Positions 28,292 to 37,996 of a stretch of DNA of 64,000 nucleotides are shown in pieces. The stretch is from a virus (taxonomy: Duplodnaviria; Heunggongvirae; Uroviricota; Caudoviricetes). The translations under genes were made by a program, and so were the position numbers. The notes beneath the pieces are model-generated. The model was not told where the DNA came from. It ran no database searches and saw only the letters and a list, made by a program, of their open reading frames with translations. Numbering within the stretch: position 1 is the stretch's first letter; each line of letters opens with the position of its first letter. The stretch is from IMG/VR virus record IMGVR_UViG_3300028048_001412, positions 109,858 through 173,857 of that record; one strand, 5' to 3'.

Positions 28292-28303
28292 GTATAATAT
28301 TAT
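28292..28303 (+). promoter_or_regulatory. GTATAATATTAT motif
   Basis: Motif instance upstream of the mre11-like gene. Confidence 0.35.
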
Positions 28304-28334
28304 ATATAAAGTATTTTAATGAGAGGAAACTTAT

Positions 28335-29402
28335 TTGAAGCTTTTAGTATATTCTGATATTCATACTTCTCCAAAAGATGATGAGATATATGGATTAGAA
28401 AAAAGTCAAAATATTCATAATATATTTAAATCGATGTTATGGGCTAGACAATTAGCCAAAGATTTAAAGTGTGATAAAATAATAAATAATGGTGATTTTC
28501 TAGATTCAGATAAAATAGAAGCAGAAGTAAGTTATTTAGTTTCTAAAATATATGAAAATAATACACAAGAAGAATTGATATTATTAGGTAATCATGAAAT
28601 TAAAGATGTTAAAGGGAAATATAATTCTTTAAATATATTAAAACCTTATCCTAATATAAAGATTATAGATAAAATATCTATGTCTAAAGCAGGAGATACT
28701 ACTTTAATATTTCAACCTTATTCTAAAGATCCAGAAGCAATTAAAAAATTAGTTTATACTTTAGATAAAATAAAAGGTAAAAAAATATTATTTTCTCATT
28801 TAACTTATGTAAATGTTCCAAATGTAATGTTAAATCCAAATATTAAAGGAGAAATCGATTATAGATCAGTTAGAGATAAAGTAGATTTAATATTTAACGG
28901 TCATATTCATATAGGATTAGAATCTGATAAATATGTTCAATGTGGAACTTTAGATGGAATATCATTCAATGATGATTATAAGAGCCCTTATCATAAACCA
29001 GGAGTCATTATATTAGATACTGATACTTTAAAATGGGAAAGAATTGAAAATCCATATGCTATATTATATAAAAAAGTAAAATGGGATAAAATAGACATTA
29101 TTGATAAATCAGAATTAAATAGAACTAGATTATCAGTTGAATGTCCTGCAGAAAAGATAGAAGAAGTCAGAAAACAATTAGAAAATTTAAATGCATTAAG
29201 TTATAGAATTACTTTACAAGCATCTACTATTAAAGATGAAAATGGAAATGAAATAGAAAAAACTGATTTTAATTTATATACTGATCCAAGTCAAGCGCTA
29301 TATGATTTTATAAAAATTGAAAAAGGAATTTATACAGAAGAACTTTTATCAGGATTTATAAAAGAATATGTAGAAGGTGAAAAAGTAGTTTCAGGAGAAT
29401 AA
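28335..29402 (+). CDS. Mre11/SbcD-like nuclease (T4 gp47-like)
   Basis: Calcineurin-like motifs: YSDIHTS, NNGDFLD, LLGNHE, GHIH. Confidence 0.7.
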   Translation: MKLLVYSDIHTSPKDDEIYGLEKSQNIHNIFKSMLWARQLAKDLKCDKIINNGDFLDSDKIEAEVSYLVSKIYENNTQEELILLGNHEIKDVKGKYNSLNILKPYPNIKIIDKISMSKAGDTTLIFQPYSKDPEAIKKLVYTLDKIKGKKILFSHLTYVNVPNVMLNPNIKGEIDYRSVRDKVDLIFNGHIHIGLESDKYVQCGTLDGISFNDDYKSPYHKPGVIILDTDTLKWERIENPYAILYKKVKWDKIDIIDKSELNRTRLSVECPAEKIEEVRKQLENLNALSYRITLQASTIKDENGNEIEKTDFNLYTDPSQALYDFIKIEKGIYTEELLSGFIKEYVEGEKVVSGE

Positions 29403-29408
29403 ATAATA

Positions 29409-31247
29409 GTGAATTTAATTTTTAAGAAAATTTATATACAAAACTTTATGTCTATTCAAGAAGCTACTTTAGATTTAGAAAATAAAGGTAAAGTATTTGT
29501 TAAAGGTATAAATAATAGTGAAGGAACTCTTGATTCTAATGGATCAGGTAAATCAGCAACCACTTCAGAATCTTTATTATGGGTTTTAACAGGTGAAACA
29601 AATAAAGATGCAAAAACAATCAATAATAGAAGAATAAAAGGTGGAGTTGCTAAAGTAACCCTTGATTTTAAGATAGATGATAATGAATTTACTATTACTA
29701 GAATAAATGATACTAATAAAACATTGCAAATTATAAAGAACGGAAAAGATATAACAGGAAATACTTATACTAAAAGTAAAGATATATTAGATAAAGAATT
29801 AGGATTCTTAAATAAAACAGTTCTTACTTCAATTATAATATTAGGTCAAGGATTAGAAGATAGATTTTCTAAATTAAAACCTAGTGAAAGAAAAGGAATG
29901 TTAGAAGGACTTGTAGGAATGGATTCTTTATTGAATAGCATAGGAACTATTTTAGATAATGCAGAAGAAAGAATAAATAAAGGAATTACAGAATCTAATT
30001 TAAAAATTACAGAACAAAATGCAATCATAAATACTTCTAAACAAATCATAGATAATAGTAAAGTATCTAAAGTAATAACAGAAGAAGAATATCAAGATAA
30101 TTTAAATAAATACAATGAATTAGATGGCAAAATAAAAGAATTACAATCTAAATTAAAAAACAATGAAGAAGATATAAAAAAGAAATTAGTAGAGAAAGAC
30201 GAATTTAATAAAAAAATAATTGAATCTACTAATAATATGAATTCTAAAAATTCTATTATATTAAATTATAATAATAAATATAAGAATATTGAAAATAATA
30301 TTAAATCATTGCAATCTCAATTGGATAGTGCTGAAAAATCAGAATGCCCTTTATGCCATCAACATTTATCAGATGATGAATTAAAAAATCATTTGAAAGA
30401 AGAAATAAATAAAAATAATGATGAATTAAATAAACTAACAAAAGAAATAAATGTAGATAATATTAAAAAAGAAATAAATGATATTCAATCTACTATAAAT
30501 GAATATAATTCTTCATTAAATAGTATTCAAGATAATATAAATAAAATAAATTCTAATTCAAATGATATAAATAAAGAATTAAATGAAGTAAATACAAATT
30601 ATTCTCAATATAAAACATTAATTGATGAATATAATAAATACAAGGCAGAAGAAAATAGTTTAGAACAAGTAAAAAAAGAAGCAAAAACTAAAATAGATAA
30701 TGCAAATAAAGAATTATCAATATGGAATACTTCTTTACAAAAATATAATAAAGATAGAGATATAAGTAAGTTCTTTAGAAATAATGTATCTCGTAAATTT
30801 AGAAATTTCCTATTAGAAGGAGTATTCGGATATATAAATGAAAGATTGATTTATTATAGTTCTAAATTATTTGATAATTATTCTGTAAGATTAGAAAATA
30901 ATGGTAATAATATAGATATAGTTATAAAGACTGATGGATTTGATCTTGACTTTAAAGATTTATCTGGTGGAGAACAAAGAAGAGTAGATATGATAATTCA
31001 ATGTTCATTAAGAGATTTGGCTAGAAATCAAAGAGGATTATCATGTAATATGTTAGTATTAGATGAAGTATTTGATTATTTAGATGCTTTAGGAATTGAA
31101 ACTATGGTCCAATTTATTGAAGAAGAGATTAAAGGTGTAAATACTATGTTTATTACTACTCATCAAAAAGATATAAATATTGATTTTGATAGTATGATTG
31201 AAGTAACTAAAGGCGTTGATAAAATATCAACAGTTAAAGTGTATTAA
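29409..31247 (+). CDS. Rad50/SbcC-like ATPase (T4 gp46-like)
   Basis: Walker A SNGSGKSA. Long coiled coil with a CPLC zinc hook. Signature LSGGEQRRV. Walker B LVLDEVF. Confidence 0.8.
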   Translation: MNLIFKKIYIQNFMSIQEATLDLENKGKVFVKGINNSEGTLDSNGSGKSATTSESLLWVLTGETNKDAKTINNRRIKGGVAKVTLDFKIDDNEFTITRINDTNKTLQIIKNGKDITGNTYTKSKDILDKELGFLNKTVLTSIIILGQGLEDRFSKLKPSERKGMLEGLVGMDSLLNSIGTILDNAEERINKGITESNLKITEQNAIINTSKQIIDNSKVSKVITEEEYQDNLNKYNELDGKIKELQSKLKNNEEDIKKKLVEKDEFNKKIIESTNNMNSKNSIILNYNNKYKNIENNIKSLQSQLDSAEKSECPLCHQHLSDDELKNHLKEEINKNNDELNKLTKEINVDNIKKEINDIQSTINEYNSSLNSIQDNINKINSNSNDINKELNEVNTNYSQYKTLIDEYNKYKAEENSLEQVKKEAKTKIDNANKELSIWNTSLQKYNKDRDISKFFRNNVSRKFRNFLLEGVFGYINERLIYYSSKLFDNYSVRLENNGNNIDIVIKTDGFDLDFKDLSGGEQRRVDMIIQCSLRDLARNQRGLSCNMLVLDEVFDYLDALGIETMVQFIEEEIKGVNTMFITTHQKDINIDFDSMIEVTKGVDKISTVKVY

Positions 31248-31267
31248 AATATTAAATTTTATGAGAG

Positions 31268-32740
31268 GTGATTGAGATGATTAAATTAATTCTTATTGGT
31301 TCTCTAGTAGTCATATTTCTACTAGTTTTAACAAGTGGATATGTAAAGAGTCCACCTGATATTGCATTTATTATTTCTGGTTTAGGCAAAAAACCTAAAG
31401 TTCTTATTGGTCAAGCCGGAATTAGAATTCCTTTCTTTGAAAGATTGGATAAATTATTAGTAAAACAAATATCAGTAGATATTAAAACTAATGGAGCTAT
31501 TCCAACTAAAGATTTTATAGGTGTAGATATAGATGCTATTGCAAAAGTTAGAATAATGACTGATCCTGAAGGAATTCAAAAAGCAATGAAAAACTTTTTG
31601 AATATGTCAGAAGAAAGAATTATTCAATCTCTTACAGATTCTTTGCAAGGAAATATGCGTGAAATTATAGGAACAGTTTCTTTAAAAGAATTATGTACTG
31701 ATAGAAAACAATTTGGTGATCAAATACAAGAGAAAGCACAAGCAGATATGAATGCACTTGGAATTGAAATAATTTCTTGTAATATTCAAAAGATAGAAGA
31801 TGAAAAAGGTCTTATAAATGCTTTAGGTCAAGATAATATGTCTCAAATTCAAAAATCAGCAAGTATTGCTAAAGCTGAGGCTGAAAGAGATGTTAAAATT
31901 GCTCAAGCGGAAGCTGATAAGGCCGCTAATGAAGCAGAAGTAAATGCAAAAACAGAAATTGCTAAAAGAAATAATGATTTAGCAATTAAAGAATCTGAAT
32001 TAAAAGCCATTTCAGATAATGAAAAAGCAAAGGCTGATGCTGCATATGAAATTCAAAAAGAAGAGCAAAGAAGAAGTATAGAAACTCAAAAAGTAAATGC
32101 TGATATTGCTAAAGCATCTAAAGAAGCTGAATTAAAAGAACAAGAGATTAAAGTAAAACAAAATACTTTAGCCGCTGAAATTAAAGCAACTGCTGATGCT
32201 GAAAAATATAGAAAAGAAAAAGAAGCAGAAGCTATTAAATTAGTAGCAATGCAAGAAGCAGAAGCAATTAGAGTTAAAGGTGAAGCAGAAGCAGAGGCAA
32301 TTAGAGCAAAAGGTAAAGCAGAAGCTGACGCAATGTTAGAAAGAGCAAAAGCATATCAACAATATAATAAATATGCAGCAATTGAAAAAATAGTTGATAT
32401 ATTACCACAAGTTGCAAAAGAAGTATCTTCTCCAATCACTCAAATTAAAGATATTAAAATCTTTGATGGTGGAAGTGATGGAAATGGTGTTACTCAAGTA
32501 GGCGGATATGTTCCGGGAGTAATGGCTAAGACATTCGAAACAGTAAAAGCAGCTACCGGGATAGATTTAGGCGAAGTTGTAAAAGGTGAAACATATGATG
32601 CTAAAGTAAATAAAAATATAAAGATAGATTCTCAATTAAATTCAAAAACAGCAGAAAGAATTTATGATAAGAAAGCTAAAGCTGAAAAAGAAATGATTGA
32701 GAAAGAAATTAAAAATCAATCAGAAGGAGATGAAGAATAA
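31268..32740 (+). CDS. Flotillin-like SPFH/band-7 membrane protein
   Basis: N-terminal TM. SPFH region. Long Ala/Glu/Lys-rich coiled coil AEAERDVKIAQAEADKAANEAE, typical of FloT/YuaG. Confidence 0.6.
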   Translation: MIEMIKLILIGSLVVIFLLVLTSGYVKSPPDIAFIISGLGKKPKVLIGQAGIRIPFFERLDKLLVKQISVDIKTNGAIPTKDFIGVDIDAIAKVRIMTDPEGIQKAMKNFLNMSEERIIQSLTDSLQGNMREIIGTVSLKELCTDRKQFGDQIQEKAQADMNALGIEIISCNIQKIEDEKGLINALGQDNMSQIQKSASIAKAEAERDVKIAQAEADKAANEAEVNAKTEIAKRNNDLAIKESELKAISDNEKAKADAAYEIQKEEQRRSIETQKVNADIAKASKEAELKEQEIKVKQNTLAAEIKATADAEKYRKEKEAEAIKLVAMQEAEAIRVKGEAEAEAIRAKGKAEADAMLERAKAYQQYNKYAAIEKIVDILPQVAKEVSSPITQIKDIKIFDGGSDGNGVTQVGGYVPGVMAKTFETVKAATGIDLGEVVKGETYDAKVNKNIKIDSQLNSKTAERIYDKKAKAEKEMIEKEIKNQSEGDEE

Positions 32741-33333
32741 TGAGTAATTGGTTTAAAAAACTAATGGAAGAAGGGAAACGCAGATCAAATCAATATAATC
32801 AGGAAAATAATAAATGTACTTGCGGATGTAGTTGCTCATGTAACAATCATCAATCTACTAAAAAAAGTAATGGTATTCATTTAAGTAAAGAAGAAAAAGC
32901 CAGAAGAAGATGTCTAGCAATGACTCTTAATAATACTCCAAAGAAACCTTACATTTATCAAGGAAATGAAATATTAAATGTTAATCCTAATGATAAAACA
33001 GTAACTATTCGTTGGAATGATGGAACTACTACTAAATCTAAAGCTATTGATGGCGATTATTTTGATGTAGGATATGGAATACTTCTTGCAACTTCTAAAA
33101 AATTAATAAAAGGATTATGTATTGATGCTTTAGAAACAATACTTCCTGAAAGATTTCAAAAAGAAGGAATGGTATATGTTCTTGAAACTATGTTATTAAA
33201 TATACCAGGAGCAGGAAAGAAAGTAATAAATGATATTCATAAAGAAAGTAGAAATTATAAGAAAGCATATTTTAATCAAATCAGAAGTGAATTAGCAAAA
33301 AGTCTTATAAATCTACTTGAGCAATTTAAGTAA
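32740..33333 (+). CDS. Hypothetical protein with N-terminal Cys cluster (CTCGCSCSC); TAATG-coupled to flotillin gene
   Basis: 197-aa ORF. Confidence 0.45.
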   Translation: MSNWFKKLMEEGKRRSNQYNQENNKCTCGCSCSCNNHQSTKKSNGIHLSKEEKARRRCLAMTLNNTPKKPYIYQGNEILNVNPNDKTVTIRWNDGTTTKSKAIDGDYFDVGYGILLATSKKLIKGLCIDALETILPERFQKEGMVYVLETMLLNIPGAGKKVINDIHKESRNYKKAYFNQIRSELAKSLINLLEQFK

Positions 33334-33348
33334 GAAGGAGAGGTTTGA

Positions 33349-33564
33349 ATGAAAAATGAAAAACCCTCTAAAACTAATAATAAGAAAACTTTACTTGAAT
33401 TAAGGAAAGAACAAAAAATATCTCGTAATAAATTGGCTGAAATATTAAAAATAAGCCCTCAAAGTATTTATAATTATGAGACATATTGTGTTCAACCTTC
33501 AGTAACTGTTGCTCAAATAATTGCTAAATACTTTAATATGAATGTAGAAGATATACAATGGTAA
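33349..33564 (+). CDS. XRE/Cro-type helix-turn-helix transcriptional regulator
   Basis: LLELRKEQKISRNKLAEILKISPQSIYNYE. Confidence 0.6.
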   Translation: MKNEKPSKTNNKKTLLELRKEQKISRNKLAEILKISPQSIYNYETYCVQPSVTVAQIIAKYFNMNVEDIQW

Positions 33565-33597
33565 TTATCAAGTAAAATTTAATATTTATAAGTAAAA

Positions 33598-33630
33598 GCA
33601 AGGTATTTTTCATTAATATCTTGCTTTTTT
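33598..33630 (+). terminator. Rho-independent terminator
   Basis: GCAAGGTAT/ATATCTTGC hairpin + TTTTTT. Confidence 0.6.
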
Positions 33631-33666
33631 CATTTTATTTAAAGAAATATTTTTTAAAAATTACCC

Positions 33667-33695
33667 TTGATTTTTTGTAATAAATATCATATAAT
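33667..33695 (+). promoter_or_regulatory. Sigma70/SigA-like promoter (-35 TTGATT, 17-nt spacer, -10 TATAAT), followed by GTATAATATAAAT motif at 33700
   Basis: Consensus spacing. A 45-nt block is nearly identical to 63268-63312. Confidence 0.6.
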
Positions 33696-33749
33696 ATTAG
33701 TATAATATAAATATAATATTATCATATTACAAGAAAGGAGATAATTATT

Positions 33750-34196
33750 ATGAGGACTATATGGTTAGACATGGATGGCACAATAATAGACCTCTATGCC
33801 GATCCAAATTGGTTAAAAAGAATAGAAGATGAAGATGTTTCTTTATATGAAGAAGCAAAACCTTTAATTAACATAAAAGATTTTAAAAAATGTTGTAAAA
33901 AATTACAAGATAAAGGTTATAAGATAGGTATTATAAGTTATTTACCTTGGGAAGCATCTAAAAAATATAAGAAAGCAGTTAAGAAAGCAAAAGAAAATTA
34001 TTTGAAAAATTATTTTTCAGATATTACTTTTGATGAAGTTCATATAGAAGATTATACGGTTCCTAAACATTCTTTAGCAAGTAAAGGTGATTGTATTTTT
34101 GACGATGATATTAAAAATAGAAAAGATTGGGATAAAGGAAGAGCATTTACTGAAAAGAATATAATAGAAAAACTTAAAAAATTATATTTGAAGTAG
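33750..34196 (+). CDS. HAD-like hydrolase (5'(3')-deoxyribonucleotidase-like)
   Basis: N-terminal WLDMDGTIIDL (DxDGT motif I). Confidence 0.45.
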   Translation: MRTIWLDMDGTIIDLYADPNWLKRIEDEDVSLYEEAKPLINIKDFKKCCKKLQDKGYKIGIISYLPWEASKKYKKAVKKAKENYLKNYFSDITFDEVHIEDYTVPKHSLASKGDCIFDDDIKNRKDWDKGRAFTEKNIIEKLKKLYLK

Positions 34197-34211
34197 AAAG
34201 GAAACACATAT

Positions 34212-34661
34212 ATGAATTTTGATCAATTAATTTATCTTTTAATTAGTGGATATTTAGGATGTTTCATAACCGGAATATTATTTTTCATAATATTAAATTT
34301 TGAATTATATATTCTCAATGGTTTATTTAAGAAAGTGAATAATTTAAATTCTTTAGCTAAAAAGAATTGGGATGAAATAGGACAAGTAATAACTCTTATT
34401 CAGAAAGATCCTAAACACATTAATTCATATTCAGAAGAAGAATTTAAAAAAGTATGTAAACAAATAGAAGAAATATCATTATTTAGTATTTATATTTGGA
34501 CAGTTCAAATACCATTATTAATGAATAAGATAAAGAAATGGTTAAATTCCACTCAAAATACAATAAATGTTATAAATATGTTTCTAAAATTAATAACATT
34601 TGGTAAAATAAAATTTGAAACTAGGACTAATTTTAAAGGAGGAAACACATATGGAAATTAA
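34212..34661 (+). CDS. Hypothetical membrane protein
   Basis: Two predicted TM stretches. Confidence 0.45.
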   Translation: MNFDQLIYLLISGYLGCFITGILFFIILNFELYILNGLFKKVNNLNSLAKKNWDEIGQVITLIQKDPKHINSYSEEEFKKVCKQIEEISLFSIYIWTVQIPLLMNKIKKWLNSTQNTINVINMFLKLITFGKIKFETRTNFKGGNTYGN

Positions 34662-35604
34662 GAAATTTGTAGATATTGAGAATTTAAGAGAAAAAGATAC
34701 TTTATTGAACGGATTGGTTACTAGAGGAAGAAATGATTTAAATTTCAGACCTGGCAATCAGATTTCAATAACTACTAAAGTAGATGGTTCAAACGCTTCT
34801 GTTGGATATAATGCAGAAACAGATAAATTAGAATGTTGGAGTAGAAGATTGCCATTAAAGTTTGATAATACTTTAAATGGATTTTTTGAATATGTTCAAT
34901 TATTAGATGTTTCTCCTTTCAAAAATCATCCTACATATAGAGTATTTGGTGAATGGATGCCATTTCAAAGAACAAATAAAATAACATATGATGAAAAGAT
35001 GAATCATAGATGGATAATTTATTCTATTTATGATATAAAAGAAGAAAAATGGTTAACTCAAGATATTGTTAAATCTTTCTGTGAAGAATCAGGATTAGAA
35101 TATGTAGAAGTTTTATATGAAGGTCCATTTATTTCATGGGATCATTGTAGAGAATTTATGAATAAATCTAAATACGGTGATAAACAAGAAGGAATAGTAA
35201 TTAGAAATATGGACGGTATTTATAATCCTGATGTTAAATATCCTTGGATTCTTAAAATAGTAGGAGAAGAATTTTCAGAAATAATGAAACATTCTAGAAA
35301 ACCTAAAGATCCTGAAGAAGAAAGAAGAAAACAAGGAGCTAAAGGAAAAGCCGCTGAAATATTATCTACTGTAATTACTAAAAATAGAATTGAAAAAGCA
35401 ATTACTAAATTCCAAGAAGATGGAATATTACCAAAACAATTATCTGATAAAGATATGGGAAATATAGCAAAAATACTTCCAAAAGCAATATATGAAGATA
35501 TATTGAAAGAAGAACCTGAAACTTTACAAGCATCTGGAGAATATGGCCCAAAAGTATTAGGACAAATGGTAATGGCTATAGTAAGACCTATGATATTAGG
35601 ATAA
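34651..35604 (+). CDS. ATP-dependent nucleic-acid ligase, RNA ligase 2-like size and motifs
   Basis: Motif I TTKVDGSNASVGY (KxDG). EGIVIRN (motif IV). KYPWILKIVGEEF (motif V). The likely start at 34651 follows a GGAGG RBS. The track ORF began at 34615. Confidence 0.55.
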   Translation: MEIKKFVDIENLREKDTLLNGLVTRGRNDLNFRPGNQISITTKVDGSNASVGYNAETDKLECWSRRLPLKFDNTLNGFFEYVQLLDVSPFKNHPTYRVFGEWMPFQRTNKITYDEKMNHRWIIYSIYDIKEEKWLTQDIVKSFCEESGLEYVEVLYEGPFISWDHCREFMNKSKYGDKQEGIVIRNMDGIYNPDVKYPWILKIVGEEFSEIMKHSRKPKDPEEERRKQGAKGKAAEILSTVITKNRIEKAITKFQEDGILPKQLSDKDMGNIAKILPKAIYEDILKEEPETLQASGEYGPKVLGQMVMAIVRPMILG

Positions 35605-35623
35605 TAAAATAGGAGAAATAAAA

Positions 35624-35636
35624 GTATAATATAAAT
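35624..35636 (+). promoter_or_regulatory. GTATAATATAAAT motif abutting ATG of small ORF
   Basis: Motif instance. The ATG is at 35637. Confidence 0.35.
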
Positions 35637-35795
35637 ATGGATAATAGAGAGAAAAAAATCAAACAATGTGAATTTTGTACTTCTTTTCTAAATATAGATA
35701 AAGAAAAGAAAGATAGTATATGTACAAATCCAGAAAGTCCTTGTTATAATTGCTGGGTTAGTAGAACTCAAGAAGGATGTGAATGTTTTGAATAA
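35637..35795 (+). CDS. Small Cys-rich protein (52 aa), not in ORF track
   Basis: MDNREKKIKQCEFC...CYNCW...GCECFE. Has the same motif-ATG arrangement as the polymerase gene. Confidence 0.35.
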   Translation: MDNREKKIKQCEFCTSFLNIDKEKKDSICTNPESPCYNCWVSRTQEGCECFE

Positions 35796-35822
35796 ATTGT
35801 AAATAGGAGGATATTATATTTA

Positions 35823-36041
35823 ATGATAGGTGTTAAAACATTAAATAATTTCGGAGGAATCATAGTATTAGGAATAGATGAAGAAATTGTAGAATATTAC
35901 TATGATTTTGGCGGTGAAAATATATCTCCTATTTATAAACAGAAATTAGAATATGATGAAAATGGAAAACCTTATTTTGAAACTAAAGAAGGAAATCAAT
36001 ATTTAGATGAATTTATGACTTCTAATAAAGGAGATAAATAA
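35823..36041 (+). CDS. Hypothetical small protein
   Basis: 72-aa ORF, AGGAGG RBS. Confidence 0.4.
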   Translation: MIGVKTLNNFGGIIVLGIDEEIVEYYYDFGGENISPIYKQKLEYDENGKPYFETKEGNQYLDEFMTSNKGDK

Positions 36042-36239
36042 ATGGAAAAATGGATCATTTATAGAAATAATGGACATGATATAATAGGAAATGAAGATGT
36101 AGGATATCAAATAACAAATGATATAAAAAATGCACTTATTTTTCCAAATGAATCTTCAGCAAGAGATTATAAGAAATTTTATGATGAAGAATCTATAAAA
36201 TCAGGAAATGGAAAATGGATGGTAAAACAAATACAATGA
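36042..36239 (+). CDS. Hypothetical small protein
   Basis: 65-aa ORF. Confidence 0.35.
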   Translation: MEKWIIYRNNGHDIIGNEDVGYQITNDIKNALIFPNESSARDYKKFYDEESIKSGNGKWMVKQIQ

Positions 36240-37504
36240 TTTATCAATATGACAAAAATATAATAGAGCAATATATTAAAGAAGGATGGTTAATAAGAAA
36301 ATGGCATCCTACTTTACCGTTACAAATTCTTAATTACAGCAGAGCTACTGAATATTCAGGAAAATGGGATGATATTACTAAAAACTGCAGAGGATTAGTT
36401 TTAGATGATAATTACAAGGTAGTAAGTCCTTGTATGCCTAAATTTTTTAACTTCTATCAACATCAAACAGAAGATCAGAAAATAATAGAAGAAAAAATGA
36501 AACATGGTTTTTATAATATCATGGCCAAGTACGATGGATGCTTGGGTTCAGTCTTTGAATATAACGGAGAAATTGTTTGTGCTTCTAAAGGCTCTTTTGA
36601 TTCATTTGTTACTAAAGAAATGTATAAAATGATAGATGGAAAATTATTCATAAATGATTTTGAAACCGTAAAATCTAATCTTATAGTAGAAGTTATTCAT
36701 CCAAATACTCATATCTTATGCAATTACGGAGATACAAAAGAATTTAGAGTTATAACTTCTTTTAGATGTGACAGAAAGAATAATGATTATTTCGAATGGT
36801 CTTATGAAGATACTTTAAATATAATTCATAATATGGATCCAAATCAAGAATTATTGAAACCTATAGAATCTTATAATATGACATTTGAACAATTAAGAGA
36901 ATGGCAAAAGAAACATAATGATAAATTAACTGAAGGATTTGTAGTAAGATTTTTAGATGATTCAGACTCAAAAATACAAAGAGTTAAGTTCAAATCAGAA
37001 GAATATTTATCTATCGCGGCAGTAAAATCAAATGCAGATCCAATTCATATATGTAATAATGCATTGGAATTATTTAAAGATAGAAAAAATTGGCCTAAAT
37101 ATGAAAATGGAAAATGGTTGGATTATTTATATGCTCAAGTTAAAGAAATTCCAGAAGATGAATTAAGAGATAAAGCATTTAATATATGTACTAATTTATG
37201 GGTAAAAACAGAATTTATATATGATAAATTCTTTATGATTGCTCAAAAATATAAAGATTTATCTGATAAAGAATTAGGAATGAAAGCAAAAGAAGATTCT
37301 GAATTAAAAAAGAATCTTAATTATATTTTCAATATTAGACACGATAAACCTTTTGATAGAGTTCTTATAGAAATGGCAAAACAAGAATTCATAGAATTTG
37401 AATCTTTACCAGAAGAAGAAAAAGAAAGAATTAGACAAGAAAAAGAAATAAAATTAGAAAAACATAAACAAAAATTAGATGAATGGAGGAAATCTCAATG
37501 TTAG
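36215..37504 (+). CDS. RNA ligase 1-like (T4 RnlA-like) nucleotidyltransferase
   Basis: IMAKYDGCLGSVF (KxDG; T4 Rnl1 has KEDGSLVSTY). EGFVVRF. KFKSEEY. The true start may be the ATG at 36236 (ATGA overlap with the previous stop). Confidence 0.55.
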   Translation: MDGKTNTMIYQYDKNIIEQYIKEGWLIRKWHPTLPLQILNYSRATEYSGKWDDITKNCRGLVLDDNYKVVSPCMPKFFNFYQHQTEDQKIIEEKMKHGFYNIMAKYDGCLGSVFEYNGEIVCASKGSFDSFVTKEMYKMIDGKLFINDFETVKSNLIVEVIHPNTHILCNYGDTKEFRVITSFRCDRKNNDYFEWSYEDTLNIIHNMDPNQELLKPIESYNMTFEQLREWQKKHNDKLTEGFVVRFLDDSDSKIQRVKFKSEEYLSIAAVKSNADPIHICNNALELFKDRKNWPKYENGKWLDYLYAQVKEIPEDELRDKAFNICTNLWVKTEFIYDKFFMIAQKYKDLSDKELGMKAKEDSELKKNLNYIFNIRHDKPFDRVLIEMAKQEFIEFESLPEEEKERIRQEKEIKLEKHKQKLDEWRKSQC

Positions 37505-37995
37505 AATTTTTAAATGCAATTCTTTGGGTAGTAGCTTTTTTAGGATTAGTTGCAGTAATATTAACTTTTTGGTTCATATTTGTTGAGAGTTATAACGATA
37601 AAACATTTACATTTGTATTGCCCTTTATAATTTCAATAATTATATTTTTAGGAACATCATACGGAGCATTTAGAACACAAGTAAAAATAGGAATTATAGA
37701 AGCAGAATCTCAAATTGAATCTTTTGAATTAGTAAAGAAACAAAAAGAAGAATTAGGAGATTCTTATATAATAGAACCTACTATGTTAACTAATTATGAT
37801 AAAGCACTTTCTACTCTAAATAAATATAAAAGATTAGGTTTATATAAAGATGATTATACTCCTAAATCAATAGAAGTCAAAATCATAGATGAAACTGGAC
37901 ATAATAAATATTGTGGTTGTAGTCCTTGTGAATGTATTGGAGAATGCAAATGCACTAAAGATTATCCATTTCCAGGATACGAAAGGACGAAATAA
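37483..37995 (+). CDS. Hypothetical membrane protein with Cys-rich C-terminus
   Basis: Two TM helices. CGCSPCECIGECKC. Confidence 0.45.
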   Translation: MEEISMLEFLNAILWVVAFLGLVAVILTFWFIFVESYNDKTFTFVLPFIISIIIFLGTSYGAFRTQVKIGIIEAESQIESFELVKKQKEELGDSYIIEPTMLTNYDKALSTLNKYKRLGLYKDDYTPKSIEVKIIDETGHNKYCGCSPCECIGECKCTKDYPFPGYERTK

Positions 37996-37996
37996 T

